This document shows positions 50,416 through 62,481 of a stretch of 64,000 nt of DNA, in pieces. Below the pieces are notes generated by a model. It saw only the letters and a list, made by a program, of their open reading frames with translations. It did no database searches and was not told where the DNA came from. The translations under genes and the position numbers were made by a program. Location: contig OZ296653.1 in the NCBI GenBank assembly GCA_965655095.1, positions 35,774,001 through 35,838,000 on the forward strand, read 5' to 3'. Source of the stretch: Haplodiscus bocki (taxonomy: Eukaryota). Each line of letters opens with the position of its first letter. Positions within the stretch are counted from its first letter, which is position 1.

Positions 50416-53400
50416 TACCAGACTTTGTATCATTTTACCGCGCTGGCTGCTTCGACATTCATTGTTTTAACCTCTCATACAACATTGTCTCGTTTTACAA
50501 AGTTTTCTGCTCTCCGAGCAACAGCAACCTGGTTTTTTTCGAATAGGTCTCAATGCCTCGGCATTTGAAATTGTAACGGAATTTTATCTTTATTGTTTAT
50601 GATCTGAAGGATTTTTCTGCTGGTATTCCGTTTTGTGGTTTTGGCTCACCTGGCTGAAAGGGGCTGTGCTTAATCAAAGTTTCGATTTTCGTTGAGATCG
50701 TCTGAAGGAAACTTTATCCTGAGAAGGTCTTCGAGCGTATTGTTACCAGCAAACGGTTTCTGTTCGAAGTTCCAAAGCCTAAACCAACTGAAAAAAATCA
50801 AAAGCGATGATAAACGTGCCGTTGAAACGTTGCTTGATTCCTCGATTGATAACTGCAAGACAGTCCATCAAGTGATTTTGGAGTTTTGGAATGAGACAAA
50901 ATACTGAAGAAGCATGGGAGGCAGATTTATTGATTGATAACTTCAATGAAAGTAAAGTGCAAGGCTTGATTTGATTGATGCAAATTTTGAGGAGGGAATC
51001 TTGGTCCCATCATGCTGATAGCGATCACGTTTCGTCAGTCAGTTTAATCTATCGAGAAAGAAGCGTTCGGTTCCCAAGAATTGAACTTCCCACCTTCGAT
51101 TGGCAGTACAAGAAATAGAAAACTTTTTTTGACATGCTGAAACAAACCGGCCTTGATTACCCTACTCTTCCGCAGGTTCAAAATGCTCTATTATCTGAAT
51201 ATTGCCTTACACGGTTAAGGTTGACGCATGTTGTCGCCCTCACCTCGAACGAAAGCGAAGTATGATGAAGCACTCAAAATGCTTCACGGCCGCTACGACA
51301 AATTTATAATAACAAAAGAGCATTCGATTGACATTTTCCAAATTCATACAAGAAAGAATGCCCTGAAGGACTTCAAAAGCGCATTGGTTCCCTAATGAGA
51401 TGGCTTGCAGTGCCTTAGTCGTCGCTACGAAAGTCTTATTTCGTCGGGTTTCAACTTTTGTCTGACAAGCTGGCTGCTAAAACGCCTGGGTAGTGGCAGT
51501 TGAGTAATGTTGATGGCAAGTGACAGTCGACAGATCAACTACAAAAAGTTTCCCGAACGCCGTGCAAGAGCATTGGAAGCTGGCAATCGTTCAGATGACC
51601 AACCGCGCGAATGTCTGAAGGAAGTAAAGTTGAATAAGAGAACTTCGGCAATGGCATCAGTCGACTACTGTCTTTGACCCTACTGCAGAAAGGCTCATAG
51701 AAAATGTACTTGTCCTGACTGCTCTTCGCTGTACGCTCATAAATGACGCGAAAAAATCAAACATCTAAGGCTTTATTTTAAATGCTTGAAAGCAGGGCAT
51801 GGTATCGAAAACTGCTCTTCCAGAAAGTCTTGTCAAGCGTGCAAGAAAAGTCATACATTACATAGCAGTGTGACACGTGGCAGTTGAATTGAAATGGCGT
51901 AACTAAAGAAGACTTTATTTTGTTGGCCAACAGAATGAATAATCGAACTCTACAACAATACTTCTGAATGCAAATGTCTGTCTTGCGCTCAACTAACTGC
52001 TGTCATGCCATGTTAACAGTGGTTATCAATTTAGTTCTCTCACACAAAGTTTGCGCACACATTCAAACTTACCTTGAAAATGGACGAGGATAAATTTAAT
52101 TTGAGGTGGAATTACCTCGGAGTGAAGTCGGACGAAGTTTAGGCTGATTGAACATTGTTTTACAGTCTGAATCAAAAAACGTCAACGTGTCAGCTTGTGT
52201 TCTGAAAAGTCTAACGAGCTCTATCTCTGATCGACGGCTCCGAACTGCAAGTTTCACCAAGAAAAACATTCAACTAGCGTATCCTGAGTTGGAAATATCC
52301 AAACTTGTCGCATTGATCCTCGATGCTCACGTTTTCGAAGAATTGATAGAGAATGAATATGAGGAGCCTTGAGCTGGCATTTTTCTGCGAAGATCATTTT
52401 TAGGATGGATGATAGTTGGGAACAGGCGGATTCCCTCTCATCCAGTGTCAGCTGTCACTACTCGCTGGATCAATTACTGCGCAGGTTTTCGGGTGTCGAT
52501 AACTTGCAATTTTTGCTTTGGAATCTGGACGTCTAGTCACCCCGACATAACTGAACCTTCTCGTGATCTTCGGGAAACATCGGACATTTTGCATCTGTTC
52601 TCTGAAAATTACAAAATCAAAATATTAGATGTAAAAACCATCCGTGACATTTTTGTCTTTTCTATTGAGTTGCGAAGTAACCCAACTGTCAAACTGAATT
52701 TTTTATCCCTTCGGTTGGATCAGTCATCTTTCCGTTCGAATGTCTATTCCAACAAATTGTGGTAGAAGCCTTCCGTGGTATGACGGACTCCCCAGCCTCA
52801 CTGCAAGTCATTGGATTGAACTGCTTCAAGATTTTGTCAATTTGAAGGATTTACAGAAGGCAAATTGTGTCGTTCTCGAAACGAAACAGAGTACCAAACA
52901 GCTCCATGCTTTCTGTGACGCCTCATAAAAGGGTTATGCAGCGGCTGCTTTTGTTGGGCGCACTTAGGACAAAGATTGTAAGGTGAACGGGAACCTCCTA
53001 ACTGCTAAAACCAGGGTAGCACCGTGGGAAGCAATTTTAATGCCATGTCTTGAAATGTGTGTGGCTCAACTTGGAGCAAATGTACTTTGCCCAACGGAAG
53101 AAGTGCTTGGAATAAATGGTGTTTTTGCTCAAACTGACAACACTGTTTTACCTAATTGGCTTTCGAAGCTGCCGAAAAATTTGAATTATTGCATGGCCAA
53201 TCTTGTCTCAGAGATTTGAGAATTTTCGCCTCGCAGTTATTGTTTTGCGCCATATTGAAAATATAGCAAGCAAAATCTTTCAAATAGGTGCGTTTTTATT
53301 TTATTCGATGGTTGCCAATTGAGCTCGCGCTGAAAACGGTTCTGGCTCGCGTCGTGAAGTTTTTTTTGCCATATTAACCAGAATGGCCAAAAAAGCCTCA

Positions 53401-55435
53401 AATGTCAAATGCTAAAAACAAAAAAATGCCAAAGAAGCCAAAATGCCAAAAAAGGCAAAATTACCAAGATTGCCGAGATTGTCAACGTTGCCAAGATTGG
53501 AGAATATGCCGAGAATGCCGAAATTGCCGATACTGAAATAGTGAGATTTCTCGAAACGTTCAAAATTTGGCTTTTTCGGAAAACTAGGTGCGCCTTTTGA
53601 AAAAAAAAACTCGAATTTTATTCAAAATCCCTGAAGGTGGCAAATTTGATGTAGAATGCGTATCAATTGGTTTTATTTCTCAAATTTGTCTTCTAATTTA
53701 ATTATGATGTATTTTGTCAGCAAACTTTGAACGTTGGAAAAATTATGGGTTGCAAAAAATGGGAAGGCGCAACATATGCCGGTGGTAGGCGGCCGTCTTG
53801 TTGGAATCGCGTTCGGACTGCGAGAGATCGGTCAGATAAAACTTCAACGGGGCTCCTGTTTGTAACATCGGAAGTGATTCATGGAAGTCCCCGTCCTGGT
53901 TGCTGATTATCAAGGACAAATGGCCCCGATACATAATCACAAGTGCAGGAGCTTCTGAGGAGCTGCAACTGAGAAAGGTGCTGACTGTCGTAAGTGTTAC
54001 CGCTATTTTCATTTAAATGGACCGATTCTCAAAACGTTCTCAACTACAGCAATTCATAGCTGCTTTAAGATAAGGACGTTGAAATTACCTCTGTGTCCCC
54101 TTGAGTTTTCTGAATGTCAGCTGGTTTCCCTTCAGCAGAAAATCTTTTTGCTGGATTTCGTTTCAGAAATAGACAAAGACTTCTCAAAATGTTCCAAGGT
54201 CTTCATTTTTTTTTACTTTTCATGACTCTGAGATCGACATTCTAAGAGTTGGAGGTAGCCTGAGAAGTTCGCTTTTTGTTGAGTTCAAGGTAACCCTTAT
54301 TGTTTTCAAAATTTATCTGCCTTTTCAACTGATAGTTCGGCAATATTATGAGGAAACGGTTCATCGTGGGGCATTTGACCCAAACAGCTGTTAGAGAGCA
54401 ATCTTAGAATATCAGCGTGAAACCGATCAAACAAATCATTCACAATTGTATCAAGTGTTTTCGATATTCGCCGAAACCGTCTTTTCAGCATTGGCTGACA
54501 TACCTGCTGAACGGGTCACACCATCCTAACCCTTCAATGTGGAATTGACTTTGATGATCCCGTTTATACAAAAACAACTGAGATTGATTGTCGCAAAACT
54601 CATTTTGCTCTGTTTGTGTTCTTCATCAGGAAGTCTCTACACTCGAACCTGGTTTCTATTCTCACCAAAGGGGCTTGCATTCATGCGACGACATGGTTTT
54701 CGTTGACACATGGACTACCTGCAGTTTCTTTAGCGACAACGGTTCCTTTTTCATTGGTCCAGGAAATCTTTTGATGTTGAAGGAAGTTCTCACTAGCAAA
54801 GATGCTAAGTAGTTGGTCGCTTTCGCTAATCAAAATTGTTCCAACTGGCTGACCATACTAACAGGTTCAACATACTTTGTCGGCCTTTGGGAGGCCGGAA
54901 TCAAAATCATGCAATGACATATGCGTCGCGTGATGTGAAAATGAAAACTGAAGATTTCGTTACAGTCCTCAATCAAATTGAAGTGCTTCTTAATTTGAGG
55001 CCAGTGTCGCCTCTCAAACAACCCGTATGTCATGATTCGATTAACGACCCGATAAGATTGCTCTGAATACACGATTCGGCTTATTGCAGCAGATGCAAAT
55101 ATTTCAGGACCTCTTGAAAGCGAGACTGTTTGATCACAATTCAATACCAAAAAAAAACGTGTTTCAACAACAACCACAAACCTCTTGAATGGAAAAACGG
55201 GTCGCCTTCTGGAGGAATTTTTTGTAATGATAATGCCGCGACGGTGGTTGGAATATAAACCCCAACAGGAAGACTACTTCGCTGTATTGTAAAGCTGAGA
55301 AAATTTTTCTTGGACATCGTATCATTATCAACGGCCATTTGTTGAACTCTTGTTTATTTCGACTAAGTATATCAAGGGGTATGGTACGATTTCGAATTTT
55401 AATAATCCTCTTTTGATTTGACTAATTCTTGATTT
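50416..55435 (+). mobile_element. BEL/Pao relic, tandem unit 3
   Basis: Near-identical to units 1-2 (offset 5026 from unit 2); private 24 bp deletion at ~55171. Confidence 0.9.
53237..53802 (+). mobile_element. HINE-like element, copy 3 (duplicated with the unit)
   Basis: Same sequence and insertion site as 43170-43734. Confidence 0.75.
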
Positions 55436-56190
55436 ATACCAGACTTTGTATCATTTTACCGCGCTGGCTGCTTCGACATTCATTGTTTTAACCTCTCATG
55501 CAACATTGTCTCGTTTTACAAAGTTTTCTGCTCTCCGAGCAACAGCAACCTGGTTTTTTCGAATAGGTCTCAATGCCTCGGCATTTGAAATTGTAACGGA
55601 ATTTTATCTTTATTGTTTATGATCTGAAGGATTTTTCTGCTGGTATTCCGTTTTGTGGTTTTGGCTCACCTGGCTGAAAGGGGCTGTGCTCATTCAAAGT
55701 TTCGATTTTCGTTGAGATCGTCTGAAAAAAACTTTATCCTGAGAAGGTCTTCAAGCGTATTGTTACCAGCAAACGGTTTCTGTTCGAAGTTCCAAAGCCT
55801 AAAGCACCTGAAAAAAATCACAAGCGATGAGAAACTTGCTGTGGAAACGTTGCTTGATTCCTTGATTGAAAATTGCAAGACACTCGATCAAGTGACCGTG
55901 GAATTCTGGAGAGACTAGAAATACTGGAGAGGCAATGGAAGCAGATTTATTGATTGATAACTTCATTGAAAGTAATGTGGAAGGTTCGATTTAATCAATG
56001 CAAATTATCACGACGGAATTTTGCTCATATTGCTGTTACTGATGACGTATCATCAATCAGTTTAATCTTTCTTGAACATAGCGTTCATTTGCCAAGAATT
56101 GAACTTCCAACCTTCGATTGTCAGAACAAGGAATAGACTACTTTTTTTTACTTTTATTGAGGAACCAGCCCTGATTACCCTACCTTCCTT
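55436..56190 (+). mobile_element. Partial, more diverged fourth BEL/Pao copy (5'/gag part)
   Basis: Nearly identical to the starts of units 2 and 3 up to ~55690, then clearly diverged; contains PRIELPTFD; homology ends ~56190. Confidence 0.85.
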
Positions 56191-56199
56191 TCAAGCTTT

Positions 56200-59100
56200 T
56201 AGGATATACGAAGTTCAACATTATTAGCAGATATTTATAAAGCAACAATCAGTTTCGTGGTGAACTTGACCAGTGAAAGCTTTGAGCGAAAGCCTAAGGT
56301 GTATGATGTTTTTTTTTCGCAGAGTTGTCACGAAGTAACACTGAACGAAGCGAAAGGGAAGGTAGGGAATGCTTTTCTGAGCGATTAAAAGTCTTTGCGT
56401 TTTCTACGCAATTGATCTGAAAAAAGGAATGTGTATTTAAACCCAATTATTCCGTTGTTTAGCCTGTTTAAAACCTGCAGTTTTGAAGTCATCAAAGAAT
56501 CCGAAGGGCACTGTAAACAGTTAAATTCGACCTTTTGAACAGTTTGTGACTTCAATGAAAAACGGATATTCGAAACGAAAGGGTTTTTCTTTTTTTTAAC
56601 CAACCTTTCTTTCCTTGACGTTTTTAGAGAATCCAGTGATGTAGCAAATAGCATATGCTTGAATTTATATTTTGTCGAAAACATGCATTTATTGATGTCA
56701 TCACGAAATCTGTAAGATGCCGATATTCAATTTGAGAACGCCATACTGAGGAAAAGATCCGAATTCATTGGGGGTGGACCCGACAGACGACGTAGCAAGA
56801 TTGGATACAACGAGCTGCTGTAAATGAGTAGGGTGTTAGCTGTTAACAAACAGTTAGTTCTTTCAATGGCATGGCGATAAACGTTCGATCGCTGAGGAAT
56901 GACTACTCCGTGTTACATCGAGAAACCGACTCAGCACTGCAAGACAAATCTATATGTTCCGTTTTGGTAACGTGGCTTAATCCCAGCTGTCTCAAAAAAG
57001 GCATGGCAATCAACATTTAACTGTGTGTATTGAACTGACAGGAACGCCAGCGACTCGCAGTCACCTAGTGGATGAGTTTGTTCATAGTTGAAGCAAAACG
57101 TCTCTTTCACACGACAACGCCCTAAAAGTCATGAAGAGTTCAATATCTGGCTCAAACCACCCATCGAGAAGCGACCCGTCCTATATGCAGCATTGTAATA
57201 CCCACCTGGAGTGAGTTATGGGGCAGCTTTGGTCAACCACATCGAAACTGTCGGGGCTCTCTTCGGTGAGTATGTATCTGAGAAGGTAATCATTGGTAGA
57301 GATCTGGTCACCCTGGATCTGAGCGATCTCTTTGTACCTTGAATTGGAAAACTTTATCAGTGAGCCAACGCAAGGTGAACGCCAGCTTGACTCGATACTC
57401 TGCAATGACAGCCGAATCTTCGCAGATAGCTGAGTATACCAACCTACTTGTGTGTCTGGTCATCGGTATTCACGAGGTACCCTTTATATCAAAGAATTCA
57501 GCGAGGAAATTTTCACTACAGGAACCAGAGCCATATTAACAAGAAAACTGAACTACACGCTGGAGAATACCAACTTTGTCTTTGTGGAACAGTTAAATGA
57601 CGTGTTGGGTGCCTGTACCGAGTTTACCAACCTGTTGACAGCCATAGTTCAGGATGCATGTCCCTTGAAGAAGCCTGATATCAGAGAACGGGAACCAATG
57701 TTAGTCTTTCCGCGGATTAAAATTTTTAGGAAGAAGAATAGAATGTACAAAAAAGCCCGAATGGACGATAACCTGCGTCTAGATAACGATATCAGGAGCT
57801 TAGTTGTTCACATTGAATAATCCAAGTTTACAAACGATTTAGAACAGAGGTGGACGGGGGTGCAGACAATATTATCCAAGAGCACAATACAACTCGTCGA
57901 TACTGAGATTACGGCTCAACAACCACTTCAACTCAGTATCTGTGGCGGAAACGCCAGCCATTACGGTACCAATGGAATCAAACAGGTAAAAAACTCCTGT
58001 TTTCGGTCTACAACAGGTTAACACAGGAGTGGCGCGCATCACCAAAACGGCCGCTGGACCTGATGGAAACCCCTGGTGGTTGTGGTCAGAGAACGTGCAC
58101 AACTTGGCAGTCCCACTGACACACGTGTTCAACCTGAAAGTAGCCAGTAATTTCCTCGAACCGTGGGAGCCATCAGAAATCTACCCCATCGCGAAATCCA
58201 AACGCCCATTTATCCCTAGACCATCGTCCCGGTGCCCTCACCAACATAGCTGCTAGACTTTTTGAGCGCTTGATCTATACCCTACACGTACAAAGCCACT
58301 GAGAATCGGCTCAGCCTTTGACAATTCGGTTAAAGGCGAGTTAGTTCAATTGAATTCGCTTGGATCAAGGTCTTCGTTGATACCTGCGTCTTTCCAGAAA
58401 ATTCTGCCTTTTTTGGAATCATCGCTCTTGATATGTCTGAAGCTTCTGATACGTTATCGCATACTGCGATATGGAGTGGGTTGCAATCGGTGCAGTTAAA
58501 CGCGTTCATAGGAAATGTGTCTCGATATCATACAGAACCGGCGCTATTACACTAAATTCAATGGAAAGGATTGAATAAGTCTGAACACGCTTCAAGGTAT
58601 AGCCTAAAGAAAATTTGAAGGACCATACTGCTACAACTCTTCAAATCTGATCTAACTGCTGGATATATCGACACGAAGCTCAGTGTATTTGCCGATGAAA
58701 CACTGTCGTAGCGCAATGAGATTCGAAATCAGACCAGGCATCAACAGTAGTAGCTAATCTCGACAGCAATTTGCTTCCAAGAATCTAGAACTCAATGATG
58801 CAGAGTCTAAGCTAATCATTGTCCGTACCCGGAAAGATCTACATTATTCAATCCCGTAGCTGTCTGGCTGAAACCTCAGGAGATATGACAATTCTCATTA
58901 TGAATAACAAGATGTCGTTTGAACTCTACATGAAACGCATTTCCTCCAGAGCCAACTCTGAAATATTCACCATCAATCGACACGAGAAGTTAAATTTGAG
59001 ATCTACTGAGCTGAGATTGTTATACAACTCTTATGTCACGTGGCTGCTCAGATTTGGGGCATATGTTTGGGAAGGCGCCGAAACCGCACTCTTGGAAGCC

Positions 59101-59400
59101 GTCGGCAGGATTCAACGGAAAGCCGAACGCCTTGAAATTATACAGGACTATGTACCAATAACGGAGAATATCGCAGAAGAAGATACAAGACTTTGCCGAT
59201 GATTCCATAAATACGGAGCAATGCACGCACTCTAGCAGTATCTGCCAAGAACAGAATAGGCCACGTCCAGATTGAGAAATCGACAACCCGCACCTGAGAG
59301 ATCAGGCAGTAAACTTATCTTTTCTTTATTTCCATGCCGACACCTCAGAGATTTTTTAATACCATAGATTATGGATCCTTATCTGTAAATAATAATTCAG
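56200..59400 (+). mobile_element. Decayed APE-RT LINE (L2/CR1-group-like)
   Basis: APE relics AINVRSLRN (~56875), VTWLN, YPP; RT relics AAGPDGNPWW, LAVPLTHVFN, WEPSEIYPIAK, ARLFERLIY, IIALDMSEASDTLSH, VFADE; C-terminal LYNSYV..LRFGAYVW..IQRKA; short (AAT)n tail at ~59390. The 5' boundary and ORF1 region are uncertain. Confidence 0.8.
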
Positions 59401-59933
59401 TTTTTTTTTTGAAGTGGCCAGAGTTCGCGCCGCTCGAAATGTTTTACATGTCAGCTTTCATAAGAGCTGTTGGAACTTGCAAGTGAAAAGCTGTTGTGCT
59501 GATCTTGGTGCCCGTCCTACGGTATCAGGCTTTGCAATATATTTTTTTGTTTAACGAATGTTTTTTTGGTTGACTTGGAAGATTTTTGCTATATGAAAAT
59601 TGGTATCTTGGGAATATTCCGTCACAAATCGAAAATTGAGTCATTTTTAGATTGGATGATGGGAGGTATACGGGCAAAGGAAAAACTTAGATAAGATATG
59701 ATAATCATTGGGAATTCGAAAAAAATACCGGAACCACTTTTCCCAAATCCTGCTATCCCCAAAAGGAACTGTGTGTCTTCTGAATGTTTGCTCTTCTTTC
59801 TGAAAAATTTCGTTAAGTTTTCTCTCCGTGCTAACTCGGCAGAAGCATGTCAAAAATTAAACGTTCATTTTTACTGAGAAACTTCGGAGTTTAAAAAAAG
59901 GACCGAACTTTTGTTGGGACTTGAATTTCAGTA

Positions 59934-60358
59934 ATGGGTAATGACAGTGATGTGGACCTTTTCAATCCTGTGGGAAATGACGAATTCTCAAGGTTTGCTA
60001 ATACTGTTTTTCCTGATAGTTCTATTGAACCTCCATTCCTTGTGAAAGGATTTGAAGTGTCTGGAAGTGACGAATGTTCTTTAACTGCTAATGGCCAATC
60101 ATCTTCCTTTCGCTCCGGTGGCTTGACAGTGAAAGAACTTCAGCGTCAGATCAATGGGGGCATCGAAGACACTGAGTCTGATTTGAGTACGCCATTGACC
60201 AGCAGCTGTGAAGAACCGGCTGGGAACTCAGCTCTAGATGTGGAGGCTGATTTGTTGGCTTCTTCCAGAGGAACTTTCATAAAGCCGTCTCTGGAAGACG
60301 AGGTGACAGATGGCCAAAAAATTTTAAAAAACGAGCCGAAACACATGTTCATTCTCAG
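59934..60358 (+). CDS. MON1: Vacuolar fusion protein MON1 homolog, coding exon 1
   Basis: ATG 59934, acidic N-terminus, ends KHMFIL-S with donor CTCAG|GTTAG (phase 2). Confidence 0.88.
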
Positions 60359-60926
60359 GTTAGATTCAAATGCCTCCTCGATGCCTCCTCAGTTAATTTC
60401 AATGCAATAGATTAGCTGAGCTTCAAATGTTGACGTGTTCTGTTTGCGAAGCAGGGTGACAAGTTTTTAGAAAATTCCAGGAATATGATTATGACCGTTT
60501 TTTCTAACTTCTCAAATCAGGCCCACAAAAATTAATCCCTTGTTTCTGAGTTTTGCAGGAGCCCGCTTTGGTTAATGTTAGTGGTAAGAAAAATTTCCGA
60601 CCTCTCAACTCAGGGAGCAGATCTTCCTCAGAAATTTGGGGACCGCTTCCTGAACGGAAAGATTGGGAATACCTTACTGCTATTTTTAGCTGCCTGTTAT
60701 AACTCGTCTTTGGGATTTTTTCTACAACGTATCATGAAATCTTTCGAAATACGTTTAAGAAAACGGACGATCTCGGTTTCTCCTTGAATGTCACCAATTA
60801 TTTGCTAGCGTTTCAAATGCGAACGGTGAAGAGTTGTTACGAAACTTGGTGTGCTTCTAGTGTTTCTAGCAGAATTTTAAAATATCGGTAGTAAAAACCA
60901 AATGTATGAAGCTGTATTTTTACCAG

Positions 60927-61235
60927 CTCAGCAGGGAAGCCCATTTATACTAGATACAGTTGTGAGGACGATCATTTGCCTTTGTTTGGCGTAATGACGG
61001 CTCTGGTTTCATTTGTGGCGATTGAAGACGACGACTTACATAGCATCACGACCAAAGACAGAATTTTCGTGTTCCTCAGTCGGAAACCCTTGTTGTTTGT
61101 TGGGGTCTCGGGATTGAACGACTCTTTCAACCAGTTGCGTATCCAGCTCATTTACATGTACAATCAAGTCATCTCAATAGTCTCCAAAAAGGTGCTCGAA
61201 GGAAGATTCCAAGCTAGAGAAAATTATGACCTCAG
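60927..61235 (+). CDS. MON1: MON1 homolog, coding exon 2 (first longin domain); the gene continues beyond the window
   Basis: Acceptor ttttaccag|C; spliced product KHMFILSSAGKPIYTRY..LFGVMTALVSFV..QLIYMYNQVISIV..ENYDLR matches the Mon1 hallmark KHxFxLSxAGKPxYxRY..GVMxALVSF..NYDLR; donor CTCAG|GTTGG. Confidence 0.93.
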
Positions 61236-62025
61236 GTTGGTATCATGTGTATGACACCATATTCATTTCATATAGATATATCACGGACATTTCAGTTCAG
61301 TTCAGGAATAACGAAAACGTTGAATCCGAGCAAACTAATCACTGCAAGGAGAAATCGGTCCATCGTGGTAATTAGAGAACAAGTCGGGAATGACCAAAGT
61401 GAGTGCTACGTGGAAGGATCAAAATAATCGTTGGTTTTCTTTTAATGTTTTGAAATGTGATTTATCAGAATGATTTATATATAATACCCTTTACCAGGGT
61501 TTATTTCCGAAGTCTCAGATTGCAAGCTTGAACCCAGGTATATGTTGTATACTTATTACATTTTAAACCGGAAAAGATTCCAAAAATCTAGGTTTTTTTT
61601 TCAAAAAAAGTTTGACCTTCGGCCCAATTTTTTTCGTGTACCCTCTTATAAATCTAACAAATCGACAGGTAGTGGATTGGAACCCTAGTTTAAGCTCTGT
61701 TTTTTAGTCGGTGCTCTTAAAAAGAGCCGACTTTTTCAGTTACTACTTTTTCGTAAGATGCTCTCCTCACCTCTGATCGACCCATTCTTCGGTAATTTTT
61801 AAAAATCCTTTCATAATCAAAGAACGAAATCTTTACCAACGCAGTCTTTTGTCCACCGAAAATAACTACACAACTAGTGGCAGAAAATTGAGGAATTACT
61901 GAACTTTTCGAGTATTGGCGGAAAATTGAGTTATTACGGACATTCTCTTTCGGTGTACTTGAAATTTCTTCCAAAAAGAACTATGAATTCCCCAAAGACT
62001 AATTACAGTTCCTGGTTTTCTCTCG

Positions 62026-62305
62026 AGTAGTGTACAAAAAAGCATATGACAGCAGGTGCGCAGGCCGCATCCTCGTCCGACACCAACCAGTCAACAAAAT
62101 CATAATAATACAAATCATAGGGTGTATAATTATACAATAACTAATAATTAAGAAAATAAATAATAATATTGAAATAATTTAACGATTATGATAAAAAAAA
62201 TTTTACACCCTATGATTTGTATTATTATGATTTTGTTGACTGGTTGGTGTCGAACGAGGATGTGATCCTTTGCGACTGATATCATATGCTTTTTTGTACA
62301 CTACT
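62026..62305. repeat. 280 bp fold-back with Maverick/Polinton-type termini (AGTAGT...ACTACT)
   Basis: Arms 62026-62126 and 62204-62305 are reverse complements with one mismatched patch; 77 bp AT-rich spacer. Confidence 0.8.
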
Positions 62306-62481
62306 AAGTCGTGAAAGTGTACAATTATGTTGAATTATAAGATTTCTTTTTATTTGATATTTTTTTCATGATATCTTGTATTTCTTTGTCCTCGTAGAAT
62401 GTACTTTTTAGATTTGTCTTTATTTTTGACGTGTCTTGTTTTTTCGAAGTATTCTTTTACTTTTACAACCATTTAATAGCA

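Noticed and set aside
40348-56190. Tandem units as a pure assembly artefact
   Set aside because: Each unit has private substitutions and 17-24 bp deletions and the junctions are coherently chimeric; read-level confirmation is still advisable.
61245-62025. Candidate MON1 exon 3
   Set aside because: No frame gives the expected Mon1 continuation.
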